A program made the position numbers and the translations under genes. Below the pieces are notes generated by a model. It worked only from the letters and a program-made list of their open reading frames with translations. It did not search any database and had not been told where the DNA came from. Shown one piece after another: positions 62,695 through 64,000 of a stretch of DNA of 64,000 nt. Source of the stretch: a virus; IMG/VR virus record IMGVR_UViG_3300031519_004559; one strand, given 5' to 3'. Each line of letters opens with the position of its first letter. Position 1 is the first letter of the stretch.

Positions 62695-63313
62695 CGCCCT
62701 TTACTCTGTGACAACTATCTCCTTTACCTCTACGATAGCCTTTCCAGCATACTTTACCATGACTGCCTTTTTTCTTTTCTTCGTCAAGTGTAGTATAACT
62801 TGGATTGCCGCACTTGGTGCAGTTATCTACTTTTTTTTTTGAATCTTCTTTAACTGTTGGTTTTTCGTGAGTCCAACCTTTTTTGGCCATATCTTTATGA
62901 TCTTGTTCAACTTTGGCCATTTTGCTTTTGCCAGTCTTTGGATCATACATCATATGTGGTTTGAATTTTTCGTCTTTGCCTTTTTTTGTTTCTAGCATTG
63001 CAGATAACCCATCTTTATAGCTAGAGCGTTTTGCTTCAGCAACAGCTTCGTTGGCAAACTTTGTATCGTAATCCATAGCGTGGTATACAGAGCCAACATA
63101 ATCTGCGGCTTTTGTTATTTTACTCTGTTGCCAACCTTCGATGCCTTCTGCTTCGCTTACACTTTTTAACATGTCATGAAGTTTAATTGCATACTTTGCA
63201 ATTTTATACAAATCAGCTCTTGCCATTTGTACTTCATGATCACGTTCAGCCATGTCAGCTAAACTAGCTAAGCCACCTTCGTTTACTTGGTTTTTAATTT
63301 CATTGTGCCGCAT
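62687..63313 (-). CDS. Hypothetical late protein, possible head-internal/core protein
   Basis: Modules separated by VNE, VAE, LET, VKE, LDE; KPHMMYDPKTG and CWKGY modules. Start set to ATG 63313 (GGAG RBS). Confidence 0.7.
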   Translation of the reverse strand: MRHNEIKNQVNEGGLASLADMAERDHEVQMARADLYKIAKYAIKLHDMLKSVSEAEGIEGWQQSKITKAADYVGSVYHAMDYDTKFANEAVAEAKRSSYKDGLSAMLETKKGKDEKFKPHMMYDPKTGKSKMAKVEQDHKDMAKKGWTHEKPTVKEDSKKKVDNCTKCGNPSYTTLDEEKKKGSHGKVCWKGYRRGKGDSCHRVKGDA

Positions 63314-63330
63314 TATACTCTCCGTATACA

Positions 63331-63357
63331 TATTTATGCTTTATAAATAGTATTTAT
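63331..63357 (-). promoter_or_regulatory. Two ATAAATA late promoter-like motifs
   Basis: ATAAATA at 63331-63337 and 63351-63357 on the minus strand. Confidence 0.55.
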
Positions 63358-64000
63358 CTTTTGATGGCTTTGCCGCCCATTACGTTGGCCGTCATGTCTA
63401 GTGCATTTTTAGCAGTTCCGTCTGCGTTAGTAGCCTGCGGTGCTTTCGGTAAACCGTTCTTGTCTTTACCTACCTTACGTTTTGCACCAGGAACACTTGT
63501 TATAACAGAAACATCACCTGCACTTGTACCGCCTACTGTGGCAGTCTCATCTAACCCTGCTTGTGCTTTTGCAAGCATTGGCTTTAGTTTAGCTAACTCT
63601 GCTTTTACTTGAGGTACTTTAGGATGATTAGGATTGTTTCTAATTAACTCTTCATAGTCTTTAATTGCTTTTGCAACAACAGCGTATGACCCTTTAACTC
63701 CAGTTTTTATTACATTGCCAAGATCTTCATCTTCGCTAACACCAGCGTTACCGCCAAGATCTTTTCTGTTTCGATCAAATGGAACTTGAACGCTTTTGGG
63801 AGCCGGTTTGAAGATGCCCGTTTTTTTACCGCCACTATTATATTTCTGTATTAAGGCATTTAGAATTTTTCTATTACGGCTGAAGCTACCGTCGATAACA
63901 TTTGAATTCGCAGCCCTGTTAAGACCTATCCAAGCGTAAAAGGCTTTTTTGCCATCTTCTGGTGACATTACGTTTCGTATTAAATTCTCTAATTCTTTTT
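63354..64000 (-). CDS. Hypothetical late protein (5' partial)
   Basis: Frame stays open to the window end; LDETATVGGTSAG..NALD motif. Confidence 0.7.
   Translation of the reverse strand, partial: KELENLIRNVMSPEDGKKAFYAWIGLNRAANSNVIDGSFSRNRKILNALIQKYNSGGKKTGIFKPAPKSVQVPFDRNRKDLGGNAGVSEDEDLGNVIKTGVKGSYAVVAKAIKDYEELIRNNPNHPKVPQVKAELAKLKPMLAKAQAGLDETATVGGTSAGDVSVITSVPGAKRKVGKDKNGLPKAPQATNADGTAKNALDMTANVMGGKAIKR

Noticed and set aside
1-64000. tRNA, rRNA, CRISPR array, transposase or integrase
   Set aside because: Intergenic gaps are almost all under 100 nt and explained by promoters/RBS; no cloverleaf, repeat-spacer pattern or recombinase motif was seen by eye. tRNAscan and CRISPR tools were not run.
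1-64000. Stop-codon reassignment as seen in some jumbo phages
   Set aside because: Genes are full length in code 11, and TAA, TAG and TGA all occur as stops at coupled gene junctions.

Overview
Dense, AT-rich segment of a large T4-like (jumbo myovirus-type) bacteriophage genome in standard genetic code. I found no rRNA, tRNA, CRISPR array or mobile element. Layout: (1) 1-6116 (+): paralogous baseplate/tail-fibre genes. (2) ~6.2-38.8 kb: a ~32 kb island of tailoring enzymes bracketed by fibre genes. It holds several glycosyltransferases, UDP-glucose dehydrogenase, 10 radical SAM enzymes (9 SPASM/twitch-type, 1 cobalamin-binding), 10 2OG-Fe(II) oxygenase-like proteins, a QueC-like PP-loop protein, a PLP enzyme, methyltransferases, a sulfotransferase, a kinase, SGNH proteins, a lyase-like protein, GNAT, SDR and a fatty-acid desaturase. 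(3) ~40-61.9 kb (-): early/replication genes under near-perfect sigma70 promoters: MoxR AAA+/VWA pair, RNase H, MetK, a 7-deazaguanine module (FolE, an atypical QueE, a DpdL-like T-fold protein, a DpdA/TGT-like protein) interleaved with a glycosyltransferase, PRTase and HIT protein, then sliding clamp, sugar-nucleotide enzymes and family B DNA polymerase. (4) ~62-64 kb (-): late-promoter genes rich in putative prohead-protease sites. The strongest novelty candidates are the phage-encoded radical SAM/2OG/glycosyltransferase island and a possible glycosylated or otherwise new 7-deazaguanine DNA modification. There are also promoter-in-hairpin translational switches. All functional calls come from motifs read by eye; no database searches were run.
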